DNA of 64,000 nucleotides from Octopus bimaculoides (lineage: Eukaryota). Position 1 is the first letter of the stretch. Every line of letters starts with the position of its first letter. Location: the NCBI RefSeq assembly GCF_001194135.2, contig NC_068982.1:40164749-40228748 (forward strand), in the 5' to 3' direction. Below are positions 25,379 through 38,336 of this stretch, piece after piece. The translations under genes and the position numbers were made by a program. The notes under the pieces are model-generated. The model did not search any database. It was given only the letters and a program-made list of their open reading frames with translations, and was not told the origin of the DNA.

Positions 25379-25897
25379 TTACATGGAAAAATGCAAGCAT
25401 GAAAAGTAATATTCTTAAAATTATAAACCTGGAAAAGTACAGGACAAGTTATTACACCTGTAAAAGTATAGGACAAGCTATTACTTCTAGTAAAGTAAAG
25501 AATAAGAAACCCTTCACTTAAAATATTGCAGCTAAAATTAAAATTTGAATATTAAAACTTATTTTATTATTGTTTACAAATATGACTATACTTATTTAAG
25601 TAGAATTTGGTTAATTTACTACCTTAATTACAGAAAAAAGTGACTAATTAGACAAACTTACAAATTAGCTGAACAGTTTTGTATAATAAATTTAAAAGAT
25701 GAGAACTGTAAAGAGGGATAAATTAGAAGAACTGGCATTCTTTGCTGCAATATTTCAAGTAAAAAGTTTCTTATTCTTTACTTTACTAGAAGTAATAGCT
25801 TGTCCTATACTTTTCCAGGGGTAATAACTTGTCCTGCACTTTTCCAGATTTATAATCTTAAGAATATGACTTTTCAGGCTGGCATTTTTCCATGTAA
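25379..25897. mobile_element. Fold-back/MITE-like element with ~155-bp inverted arms
   Basis: 25379-25535 is the reverse complement of 25741-25897 (ttacatggaaaaatgc..ggacaagttattac..tagtaaagtaaagaataagaaac..aatattgcagc); ends read TA|CATGG...CCATG|TA. Confidence 0.8.
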
Positions 25898-26234
25898 TAA
25901 TGATATATGTTAACAACAATAGCTCTGTAGAAGAGCCATTGCACACATGAAACTAAACAAACATTAGATGTCATATGTCTAAACAATGCTACCTATAATA
26001 CAAGTATTCTAATCCATTAAATATTTGTGACATGGGACGTTCACTTATTTGGATTTGGAATTTCTTTTATCTGGAAAGAATATTAAAGCCATTCTTTTCA
26101 CTCGTTTCAGTCATTTGAGGTAACCTGTCGTGCGCGCGTGTATATATATTGGTACTAAACTCGAAACCACGTAATCGTGAATTTAGCTTTTTAACTGTAC
26201 GGCTATGCCGACACTAATATGGATTATCAAAAAT

Positions 26235-26859
26235 GGGATCTTTTTTAAAACGGGGTCCACATTTTTCATTAATGTTTTACGTAGTGTTTTTGGTACCGAA
26301 AGACTTTCAAACTTCGTATACTTATCTATTTTGTATTATAGAACAGAAAAATATTTTTGTATTCGAATTTATTTCATGTAAAAAATTGTCTTATTTCGAT
26401 AATTTCAACCAATCACTGACAAGTATTCAGTTGTTTACCTTTACTCCTTTGGCTCATTAAGCGATGTAAAGCGTATTTAATCTCCATACCTTCGTTTTAT
26501 TTGCTTTTTTCATTTTAAGTTTGCTTTAACCCTAACCTTAACCCTAACCCTAACCCTAACCCTAACCCTAACCCTAGGGTTAGGGTTAGGGTTAGAGTTA
26601 GGGTTAGGGTTAGGGTTATTTGTTTCAGAATCGTTTGTTTATGTAGTCGGCACTTAATGTATATCGGCTGAATGGACGTCAGTGATTGGTTGAAATTACA
26701 GAAATACGACAACTTTAACATGGAATAATTTATGGATTTCTTTTTTTTTTTAAGAAGACTAAGAGAAAAAGATGTTTTATATGACACATTCTACCAGTGT
26801 TCCAAGTTTCAAAGTGTTTCGTTAATGAAAAACGTGGCCCCCGTTTTAAAAAAGATCCC
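26235..26859. mobile_element. Fold-back/MITE-like element with ~200-bp imperfect inverted arms and a central telomeric palindrome
   Basis: gggatcttttttaaaacggggtccacatttttcatta..aatttcaaccaatcactgac on the left is inverted on the right; AAAAAT flanks both ends (26229-26234, 26860-26865). Confidence 0.8.
26527..26618. repeat. Interstitial telomeric repeat palindrome (CCCTAA)~8 | (TTAGGG)~7
   Basis: Directly visible; junction ccctaggg at 26572-26579. Confidence 0.97.
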
Positions 26860-27347
26860 AAAAATGTATATAAAAGAAAGTTGCACTAATCAAAGTGAAG
26901 TCTTCTTGTCTCAGTTATACTGAATTCTGATTAACATGACTAATTTTAAAAGTTGTTAACCTGACCTTTGAAGTCGATAGAAATGTATCATCTTTTATCT
27001 AGTTAGATGCGAAAATTCGAAATTTTCGCCTGTGAAAATGATGAATTAAATCTATAAACAAATCTAGCAAAGAAAATAGAAAATACTCAGTCTTCTATAA
27101 TAGATGTGTGAGGAATTCAACATATCAGTATGAGGTTATTCGCTCATATTATAATAAAATTAATAGTAAATAGTTCGTGGGCTTTACAAAAGCTAGAACT
27201 ACTAGACAAAAGGAAACAATGTAGAAGTGTCTTGGACTCATAAACACAGATGTCGTAATCGAGTTTAAATCTCTTTTACTATGAGTTATAAAAGCTTGCG
27301 AGATAAATAAACAAAGAAAGAAAGAAAGGAAGAAAGAAAGAAAGAAA

Positions 27348-27417
<70 letters not shown>

Positions 27418-27847
27418 ACAGTATATATGTATATATATATCGAATTTTGATTCATTGAAAGATTCTTGATAAACATTCCATTCTTTTGATAATATAAAAC
27501 ATACTTCCGGTGCATTTAGGTACATTTTCTAGATTAATGTAAATATGTTTACATAAAACTTGTTCTCCCTTTACGCGGTTTCCCCATTAAGTACTTTGTT
27601 ATTTTTTTTTTCTCTATTGATGTCCAGAGGGGTGATATATTTCTGATCAACCCAGATTAAAAGAAATAAAAGCATGAGTTGGTAGCAGAGCGATATGACA
27701 TGACGCATTAAGTTTAGGCGAGATGAGAATACTGAACAAAAAAACAATGAATGTTGTAAAATTGTTCTCGTCCTTCAATAATAACTATTCAATGAAAAGC
27801 AGTTTTTACAACAACATGGTGCGAGAATTACATATTACTTAATATGA

Positions 27848-28065
27848 ATATTTCAAATTCTGCCACAAAGGCAGCTTGCGGGAGGTGGGGATTTGTCGAT
27901 TACATCGAACAGGTACTTATTTCAACAGGTACTTATTTTATCAACCTCGAAATGATGAAAGGCAAAGTCGACGTCTGTGGAATTTGAACTCAGAACGTAG
28001 CGATCAGCGAAATACCGTTAAGCATTTCGTCCAGCGTGCTAACGATTCTGCCAGCTTGCCATCTT
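27848..28065 (-). mobile_element. tRNA-derived SINE family B
   Basis: Full head to tail; small internal duplication of aacaggtacttattt. Confidence 0.88.
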
Positions 28066-29421
28066 CATGTTACTTAATATAATTTTTGTTTTGGTAGAAA
28101 AATTCCAGCAATCCAGTTATGTACAAAAGTTAAAGTATCCTAGGTACAAAAGAGTCGGTAACAACCACGGATTTTATAGTATGATATTAATGAGGCATAA
28201 TATATTCATGATCACAAGTGACATATCAAATTATTCTTTACTCTTTTCCCCTTTTACTTTTGTCAATCATTACACTGCGACTATGTCGGGAACACAACCT
28301 TAAAATGCTTTGGTAGATGTAAATGCAATCCTTATGTTTTTAGTTTTCTTTTTCTTTTTTTTTGTATTATGCAGCTTCTTTTGTCGGTTTCTATTTTACA
28401 GAACTAAAAAGTTCGTGCACCAGAAACAAACACCGAGTATCAAGTTTTATCAAATGAAGAAGAGCGAGGGAGAAAGAAAGAGAGAGTGAGAGAGAGAGAG
28501 AAGAGAGAGAGGAACCACAAACAAATGTACATACACATATACACAGACACGTGTGTACACACATGTACATGTGCACACACATGCACATATATGTACACAC
28601 ATGCACGAAAGGCTTCCACACACAATTTCCACCAACCGAATTCCCACACAAGACGTTAATGGACTTGGTGTTAATGTGAAAGACATAAGCCCAAATTGAT
28701 ATAGTGGGATTGAACCCAAACAATCAGATTTCGAAGCGGACTCCTTAATTACACACCTATGTCTGAGCTTAACATTTAATTTTCGTGTCGAGAAACGCAA
28801 TGAATCCCATGAGTAGTGTAGAATTTACAAACTAACAAGTCGGAAGTGCATGCGGTACGTTATCCAATCACCAGTTTGACAGTAATAAGTATACATATAT
28901 GTTCATATCATTGCCTTCGGCGTCACGTGATACAAAGCACCTAATATCTAACTATTAATATTTTGTAGGTTGTTGTATGCAGTAATAAAGTCTTATCTAC
29001 TTCCTTAGTAGAGATAACGAAGCAATTCTATGATTGAATTGGAAATCATAAATTTCTTTTTCAGATTATTTCAAATTTCCAATATTTAAATGGTAATCTC
29101 GGTAAGAAAAATATGGTTACATAACTTGCTACAGTTTCACTCTCCTAAGAATATTAATAATATATCTATATTCTTTCTTTGGAAACGATTGGAAATAATA
29201 TAGCTGCATATTCTCTTTAAATAATTTTGATACCAATAAAAATACTTATCTTCATGGAACAAGTCCGATATGATATTTAATGACCCCGATAAATGAAGCA
29301 CTAAAATACCGTCTTTAGGGATCTAGAGGAGAGCTTAATATCAGGAAACCCGACTGAATGTCTTCTTAAAGCGCACAATGTAGCGATTACATATGGGCAC
29401 GATCTCTCATTGCTGTTATTA

Positions 29422-29489
<68 letters not shown>

Positions 29490-29504
29490 GTGTGTGTGTG
29501 TGTG

Positions 29505-29547
<43 letters not shown>

Positions 29548-32380
29548 CAGTAATAGAGTATACATTTATATAAATTGAATTGCTTTTACATTAAGAAAAT
29601 ATATCACGTCATGATGATTCGAATTCAGAACATATTGCTGAAAAACATTTTTCGCCGCTCAAACCCATCAACTCTAGTTTACTTAAATAGGAATAAAAAC
29701 ACTCGATAAAATTGACACAGATAAAAAAAACTTGTCAAACAATAAAAATAAAATCCTCTTTATTTCTGTGGAAAAACAAATGTTAAAACGCAGCAACTAA
29801 TTAAAAATATTTTTTCGGTCTAACACACAAGTTTATAAATTACGTCAAATTCTTCCAGTGAAGCAGAAAAGAAATAAATTGCAACAAACATCCTATTCTC
29901 AACAGCTATAGTGATACATACGCACATACACATATAAGCACATACCTACATATATACATAATTAATGCTAAAAAATAAATTATCAATCAATTAGTATCAC
30001 CTTATCTCAGGACGATAAAGCATCAGAAAATGTTGAGTGGCTACCTAAATACTTCAACTCCTCCCTCTACTTAATGAGTTTAAATTCTATTAGAATGGAA
30101 TTATTATTCATCCATATGTTACCGATAAAATAGTTGTCAGCTTTCTACTTCATCCAGTACAACTCTTTCCTTAAAATGTTAGCTTTGCCTGTAATTAAGA
30201 CAGTGAAGTAACTGCATTTTCGAAAGAAGGAATATAAATGTATTAATAAGGGGTCTTATTAGATGGTGGAAATAATTACTTGATAGGTTATTCACACGTT
30301 CAGATGTATTTTAGCATTGAAATGAGTAAAATTTCTAAAACTTATTCCTGCTTCTTACAACAATCATCTGTATCAACATATCATCTTCTAATTCCGAAAG
30401 GCCAACGAGAAATAGTCTTGCTGACCCCGCCCACAGCGTTGTTCTTCAGACGTTATATGACTGTTAACCTTTCGGTCTATATCATATCTGCCCGGTCAAC
30501 TCCAGTTTCACTTATATTTTTACATGTATATGTTTATATAAGTGTATGTTTATATAAGTATGTATGTATGTTTGTATGTGTGTATGTGTATATGTATGAG
30601 TGTGTGAGGGAGTTAAACTGGAGAAGGATAAAGATTTTTCAATATAAGTGCACTAATATAATTGGCATAGAAGGTAACGAACCTTGAAAGATGCATTATA
30701 GTATCTAGTTTGTTGTCTAAGGTTGTTAATGTTATCCGTGCCGCAATCGACTTCACCTTTTCAACCAACTGAAATCAATAAAATATGTTCATCACAGTAT
30801 GCTCGATTCAGTTGCATAGCCGTTCTGTAATAATATTGGCCTTGTGCTCAGAAGTAGAAATTATTATATAAGTGCTATGAGAATGGATGTTTGTTTTACT
30901 CTCAGATAGGAAAACCAATTATAAATATTTGGAGTGTTTTCTTACTGTGTAGTTTTACTGCTTGATATTTTCCCTGAGGCGAAATTATTCCCAACTTATA
31001 TCCTGGCTTATCTGGGCGAGATACTTTCATTCCCATAGCTTTATGCCATTCAGAAAAATGTGAACATCACAACCTCATTATGTATTTCTTTCTCCATTCA
31101 TATACTATAGATATCACTTGTGTCTATCTAACGAATCCATTATGTGTAATTGCTAATGCGTGTTGCTAGAAAATAACACCTACTCTTTGTTAGGCTTTGT
31201 TTATTTAATGACTCGTTAGACATTCTAATAACAGGAATGAAAATTCTGATGATATCTGAACGAATAAAGTATAGGACAACCAATATATTACTGTATATCA
31301 TCATCAATAATATGCTATTAACTTTCCCGTGACTCAACCCATGTAAATAATAAATATGCAACACTGAGTAAACACGTCTTACTGTTGAACGGAACAGTAA
31401 CATTGGACAATCAAGAAATGTTTTCAGAGCTTACAATTTCGTTTATTCGCCGATCGTCCTCTTAAGTGTATGCTGAAAACAACTAGAAACTACTTATTTT
31501 AGTTTCGCCATTATTTATGATTTATACTTTGGATAAGAAGCAGCAATCCATGCCACTCATCGCCGGATAACAAAGTTACACTACACTCATCTATAAAAGA
31601 GATAATATATTATTATGGTGAAATAAGCTTTCAAATGTATTTCTTAATGTTTAATCAGAGATTAGAATAATATTATAATGTAAATGAAGAAATCTTACAA
31701 TGTTTCAGCTACATATCTTATTAATAGAATGTTCTATGGCTAGAGGAGTTACATTTTAATCACCACAGGACATTAATCCTATTCAAACGTGTTTCATATT
31801 GTATCATCCAGACTAAACTAAAGAGAACTTTTTCTAGATTTCCTAATGTTGTGATTATAGCATTCAGTTTTATTGATTCTGTTAAAAGATAAATTGACTG
31901 TATCTGATTTGAACACAGTATGTTATGATCGTAACCCTCAGAGATATCCAACATTTAATTGCTAATGTGAACATTACTAGTTCAATCAATTACTGAACCA
32001 ATTAATTAATTGGTTCACTTACTGATTGAAAACAAAAGTACTTATCAGTCTATACTCTACTCATTCAGTTAGACTCTAATTTACCAGTTCAGATAAAAAT
32101 TATTGGTTTCAATCATTACGGTAATGATTGGAATATACGATTCTGATGGATTGGATATCATCATACTGTTCATCTCATGTTAGCTCTCATCAAAGAGACC
32201 TATGATCAAAGAATTGGAGTCATGACCATCTTACTTTCAGACAGAGTATTCATTAGCCAATATGTCCTTCTTTTGAGTGTGGTAAGATTAGTGTGGTTTG
32301 AGGAGAACTTCAATGCTATTTCTAACAGACCGAACGACCACTGAGAAGCCCCATCATTGGCACATACAATTACATATACT

Positions 32381-32811
32381 CTCTCTTTTACTCTCTTTTA
32401 CTTGTTTCAGTCATTTGACTGCAGCCATGCTGGAGCACCGCCTTTAGTCGAGCAAATCGACCCCGGGGCTTATTTTTTGTAAGCCTAGTACTTATTCTAT
32501 CGGTCTTTTTTGCCGAACCGCTAAGTGACGGGGACATAAATACACCAGCATCGGTTGTCAAGCAATTCTAGGGGAACAACCACAGACACACACACNNNNN
32601 NNNNNNNNNNNNNNNNNNATATATATATATATATATATATATATATACGACGGGCTTCTTTCAGTTTCCGTCTACCAAATCCACTCACAAGGCTTTGGTC
32701 GGCTCAAGGCTATAGTAGAAGACACTTGCCCAAGATGCCACGCAGTGGGACTGAATCCGGAACCATGTGGTTGGTAAGCAAGCTACGTACCACACAGCCA
32801 CTCCTGCACCT
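32381..32811 (-). mobile_element. tRNA-derived SINE family A, full length
   Basis: Reverse complement: aggtgcaggagtggctgtgtgg head, central domain, ggcggtgctccagcatggctgcagtcaaatgactgaaacaag, then (TAAAAGAG)2 tail. Confidence 0.92.
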
Positions 32812-33338
32812 ATAGCGCATGTAAATTTAAGCACTGATCTAAAACGAACTGATAACCCTTCAGCTGAGTGATCTGACATCCAGCTTGGATTGCTGTAGAC
32901 ATTTGAATACAGTAAGGTCCACTCACCATAATATAATTTCTGTTACCATGGTACTTGTTTCCGTAGTATCTATTTTAGTCGCAACATCAGAGGAAATAAG
33001 CATAAAATTATTTCCTATGACATTTTTTTTAAATGTTTATGCTAATTAAATATTTAATCAAGAATATTATTTATCTTCTGTTGTATTTAGGTAGAATTCA
33101 ATAAAAATAAATATACTTTTATTTTTCGGTTAATTTTGCATTTAATAATGTTTAATTAGCCAGGTTGTTTTCTTCCGCTAATTAGAATAAAACTTCTGGA
33201 ATAGAAGATAATGACTATACTCCAATGACGAATGTAACAAATTGAGAATTTACGACATGTAAAAGTCAGGCAGTTTCAAAAACACTCTTCCTTCTTTTGC
33301 AACTAAATAGCAGACATCAAATATCTATAAAATTGATG

Positions 33339-33416
<78 letters not shown>

Positions 33417-33660
33417 TTGTGTATGTGTGTGTACAAAAAAGTTAATATACCTCAATAACTTCTACATCTTTTATTCGATTTCTTTAAAATGTTATACTTA
33501 GCAGCTTCATATCCTAAACTCGAACATAGTTTACTTAAATTTTTTTTTAATCGATATTGAAGCATCTAGAGCGATAGGAAACCAATAATAAATTATTCCT
33601 ATTCATTTGCATTAATCGGTTGTTTTATAACCTGTAGTGTCTTCCATACTTTTTAAAATT

Positions 33661-33995
33661 TCTTTATAGAAGGTAAAGGATTTTGTCTATAAATTTATTT
33701 CCATTGTCCACCAGCGACGGTGAGTAAATTGACTAGGAACACTGAACGCATACATTTACACAATTCTCAACCGATATTCACCAAACTTTACACACACATT
33801 ACTTATGTCCCAAGGATGGTCATGCACTTAGCATTTTGCCCGGAACACCCGCGTAAATGGACCTAAATGTGCTAGTTTTTTTTTATGTAGGTTCATCCAT
33901 GCTTTTCTAATCTTTTAATAAAAGTGAAAGGATTTTGTCTATTTATTTCATTGTCAACCTGCCACGGTGATTAAATTGGCTTGGAACACTTTACG
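33661..33995 (+). mobile_element. Small non-autonomous Helitron-like element (33661-33875) plus a second 5' end (~33917-33995)
   Basis: Starts TC, contains ttctcaaccgatattcaccaaactttacacacac, ends CTAG (33872-33875) before T. The segment aaggattttgtctat..cacggtga.taaatt..ggaacact is repeated. Confidence 0.5.
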
Positions 33996-35396
33996 CGATG
34001 AGTATCCAATACCGAACAATCTTAATCTCCATATTTAAACTGCATTAAACTTTGGCAAGCTTACCTTTATCTATTCTGAGTTACTTGAAGGGTGATGTTC
34101 CCTTTCCTCTCTTCTATTTGTTGATACTTTGTTTACCTACCAATGCGTTGTTTTACTTTAAAGATGCTTATTTACCCCTTTATTATGATATTTCGACTGT
34201 TGTCTATTGTTTCAAATACGTTTTAGTATTGTCGTTCTAGCCTTTGTTTAAACAATCACATATAATTCGTCCCAAAGTATCAACCTCTATATAAGAATTT
34301 TGCTTCCACTAACGAAAGCTATACGTATCTTTGAGAAAGCTTCATGCCAATTAAAATTTTATGCAGTATTCGCTGTTAGTGTGTGTGCAGGCTATGTGAG
34401 AAGACAGAATAAAGGGGCTTGTTAGCTATCTCTCTGAAAAAATAGCCTCATTTGCTGTTGAAAAAAATAAACTTGCAGAGGGGAAGTTTCAACGTCTTCC
34501 TTCAATTTTATTAGACCATTTATGTGGCTGTTTCTGATAAGAAATTTCGCTTTCATGTAAAACAACTATATTTTGTAGTCATTTCCCGTAAACTACTCCC
34601 AAAATACTTCTACTTTGCATTGCTTTCAAAATGATATGTTCTATGATCATTAAACTGAAACAACCTGTACGATATCCAGCCGTCAATTTCATTTTCCGTT
34701 CCTAGGTTAATCGGAAACGTAGATTGCCGCGCGACTCAAAAACCTTCTTGGTAGTTCAATTGTTTGAAGAAAAAAATACCACCAAATCAACTTAAACCGT
34801 CCAGAGGAAGGGTGCGTTTGCTAGTTTATAATCAGATTTAAACCTTATCTTATATGTAAATAGAATGTATCTCAAAAGTCTATATATTGATTTTTCACAT
34901 TGACACTAAGACATAAATTGTATGGCAGATGTATAGTTTTAATAGACCGATCTCAACACATGATTCATTCTTATTTTATAGATGACAAGGTAGGAAAGGT
35001 AACACTGACAACGACAGTTTATACAAAGGAACATCTTTACTGCAAGTGAGACGTTCTCAAAATATTTTTCTGACGTACCCCAAAATTGCTAGACATGATG
35101 AGAAGATGTGTTAGGATATCCTTTATGGATAACATAAACTAGATAACTCTCTATATTCTCTCATGGATACAAAAAAAAACAAGTCATGCATAATTCATTA
35201 TAAATAAAATTTGTAAGTCAAGGTTTCCAAATAATATATTTGATAATACATTTTTCATTAGTATTAGGTGCAGGCATGGGTATGTCATTAAGAGTCTCGA
35301 CTTGCAAGCATATGGTTTCGTGTTCAATCGTAAGGTATGGCAACTTGTGCGAATGCCTTGTGAGTTAATTTGGTTGACGAAAACAATGAAACCTGT

Positions 35397-35436
<40 letters not shown>

Positions 35437-35443
<7 letters not shown>

Positions 35444-36299
35444 AAAATTGGACAAGGTAGAAAATGCTAAAATATTTTTAACGTGAAGAACGTTTTAGTA
35501 CCGGTTTCAGTCTTTGCGACTTTTCAACTTAGAGTAAAGCATGAAAAACAATTAAATTGTGGAAAAATTAAATGTTTGCTGAATGCTATTTTTCTGTATT
35601 CCCGAATTTTAATCTGGGGTCTATGTAAGATCATCCTACATAGATCCCAAAAGATGACACTACATACTTCCCAGATTAAAATTCGGAGCGAACACATCAA
35701 CATTTGCGCCACTAGCGAACAACCCAACTTCAGAATTTTTTCCCTCTATACATTCAGGGACGATGCAACCTATAATCAGCGCATTAGAGTCATATTTATC
35801 GCAAAACGTAAACCCCTTTTGAATGCTTCCAATATTTTGAATGCTTCCATCACAAATGACACTACAACAAGTGTCTTAGAATAATACCCACGCAAATATA
35901 AAAAAACGATATATTCAGAACAGTCACTACTCAGGAATTTACTCAGAACAATTCTAATCACTACTACTATAATCACAACGGATCACTTTTAGATTACTTG
36001 ACCATTTAAGAAAACTCCACAAACAGCCTATTGCTGTCATACCACTCCCATGTTCTTCTTCTTCTTCTTTTTCTTCTTCTTCTTCTTCTTCTTCTTCTTC
36101 TTCTTCTTCTTCTTCTTCTTCTTCTTCTTCTTCTTCTTCTTCTTCTTCTTCTTCTTCTTCTTCTTCTTCTTCGCCGTTTCCTTCCTCGGCTACTGTTGTT
36201 TAAACAATCAAATCCAAGAACCCACATCCCTCATTTTAAATATTTCATCAGATCTGCCACTACCTACCTACCGAGCCTTCACAAAAGTAAAAGGGAGAC

Positions 36300-36346
<47 letters not shown>

Positions 36347-36606
36347 TAGAGAGAGGGAGAGAGAGAGAGAGACAAACAGACAGACAGACAGAGACAGACA
36401 GACAGAGAGAAAAAGGAAAATGTCCTATGTAATTGAAAAACCCTCGAAATATTTTTTTTAATCATTTCATTTAATTTTTCCACGATTTAATTGTCTTTCA
36501 TGCTTTACTTGAAGTTGAAAAAGTCGCAAAGACTGAAACCGGTACTAAAATTTTCTTCATGATAAATTTATCTTAGCATTTTCTACCTTGTCCTATTTTC
36601 CTTATA
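35437..36606. repeat. ~150-bp inverted repeats bracketing ~860 bp
   Basis: tataaggaaaattggacaaggtagaaaatgct..ttttagtaccggtttcagtctttgcgactttt..gtaaagcatgaaa (35437-35590) is inverted at ~36450-36606. Confidence 0.85.
36052..36410. repeat. (CTT)n and (GA)n/(GACA)n microsatellites
   Basis: Directly visible. Confidence 0.95.
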
Positions 36607-36741
36607 CATATCAACTCGTGTGTTACTTTTCAACCTTCTACAAACACACACACATATATATATATATGTATGTATCTATATGTATGTATATGTATGTACG
36701 TGCATGTATGTGCGTGTATTCGTGCTTGTGTTTCTCTTCCC

Positions 36742-36794
<53 letters not shown>

Positions 36795-38257
36795 CACACA
36801 CGCACACAGCCAGTGTAGGTTCGTTTATACCCACGAAATATAGCGGCTCGTTAAAGAGACAGGCAGATCTAACTTCAAAAATAAATACTTGTATCTATGA
36901 ACTCGACTAAACCCTTCAAGGTGGTGTCCAAGCATAGCTGCAGTCCACAGACTGACAAAGATAAAGGATAAAAGACTATTCAATAAATCCGTTGGGATTA
37001 CTTCAAATATTCAGTGCTTTTTCATATCTGACATGGTCGCGCACTTTCTATTGTGTATCACAGTTCGAAAACCCTTCCTATGGGGCATTTAATGCGGCGT
37101 TTTTTTCCTTCGCTCTACTTCCCCACTGATCATGATATTGTTTCTGATATTCCAAGAGTTTCATTTATTAAGAGTAAATCCACAATGCTGTTATTTCTGG
37201 TATCAAACTCTTGAACAAGCTTACAACATTTTTATTCTTCTTCGGGTGACTGTAGCTGTAATATTAGGCCTAAGGACTGAACTGGTCCTTATTTTACCGA
37301 CCCAAGAACAATTTTTGGTAAAGGCAATACTGAGCATGAGTCTCTACAGATCATGTCATTCATTTCCCTAAGGCAGTTAATTAATAAAGTAATAAGATAA
37401 CTTATATCAATCAAGACAACTATAATGAGTATACGAATACCGTGAAGACTGGATTTTGGAATAACGAGAAACAAATTGCTTTTGAAACCCATGTATATTT
37501 ACTTGTCTATTTATCAATCGATCGTTATATTTACCGGTTTGCTTTTCTCTCCCCCCCCCTCTCTCTCTGTCTCTGTCTCTCTCTAACTCATTCTCTCTCT
37601 CTCTCTAACTCATTCTCTCTCTCTCTCTAACTCATTCTCTCTCTCCCTGTCTTTCTCTCTCTTTACACACATACAGTCTCTCTCTCACACATACATATAC
37701 AACCATAAATACATAGATAGATAGAAAGACATTCATACACACACAAATACGCACGCACACTCATATGTCTGTGTATGTGGGTGTGTATGTATGTATGTAT
37801 GTATGTATGTATACAGAGAGAGACAAAGAGAGTAAAAAATATATATTCCAAAGCAGATTGCTGGTTATGATGTACGTAACGAAAACTACTTTCATGAATG
37901 GTTTTAACAACTTCTGAACAGTGTCAGTGCCAGAAGTAAAAAAAAAGCTACTTACATTTCCGAAAGAACAAGTCACTTATTAGACATGAGAAGAAACAGT
38001 GTATCAAATAAACAAGAAAAAATAAAACCGATCAACTATTCCTGTCAATACTCTGCGGGTAACAAATTCGTACTGTAGCTCCAGGCAAATGAAAACTTCG
38101 CGCAATTTCGTTCCCAATAGGAAACACTTTACATAAATTCACTATCAACTCTTGTTAAAGCTATTTCATCTGCCTTACAGTTAACAATCGTCCATGTAGT
38201 TTCAAGAAGAAAAATACACACTCACACAAACATGAACACACATCCATACCTACACAT

Positions 38258-38336
<79 letters not shown>

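Noticed and set aside
26527-26618. Telomeric palindrome read as a chromosome end-to-end fusion site
   Set aside because: Polarity is (CCCTAA)n then (TTAGGG)n, opposite to a fusion scar, and it is embedded in an inverted-repeat element.
31760-31954. LDISEGYD resembling the RT motif LDxSKAFD
   Set aside because: Single weak motif with no colinear support.
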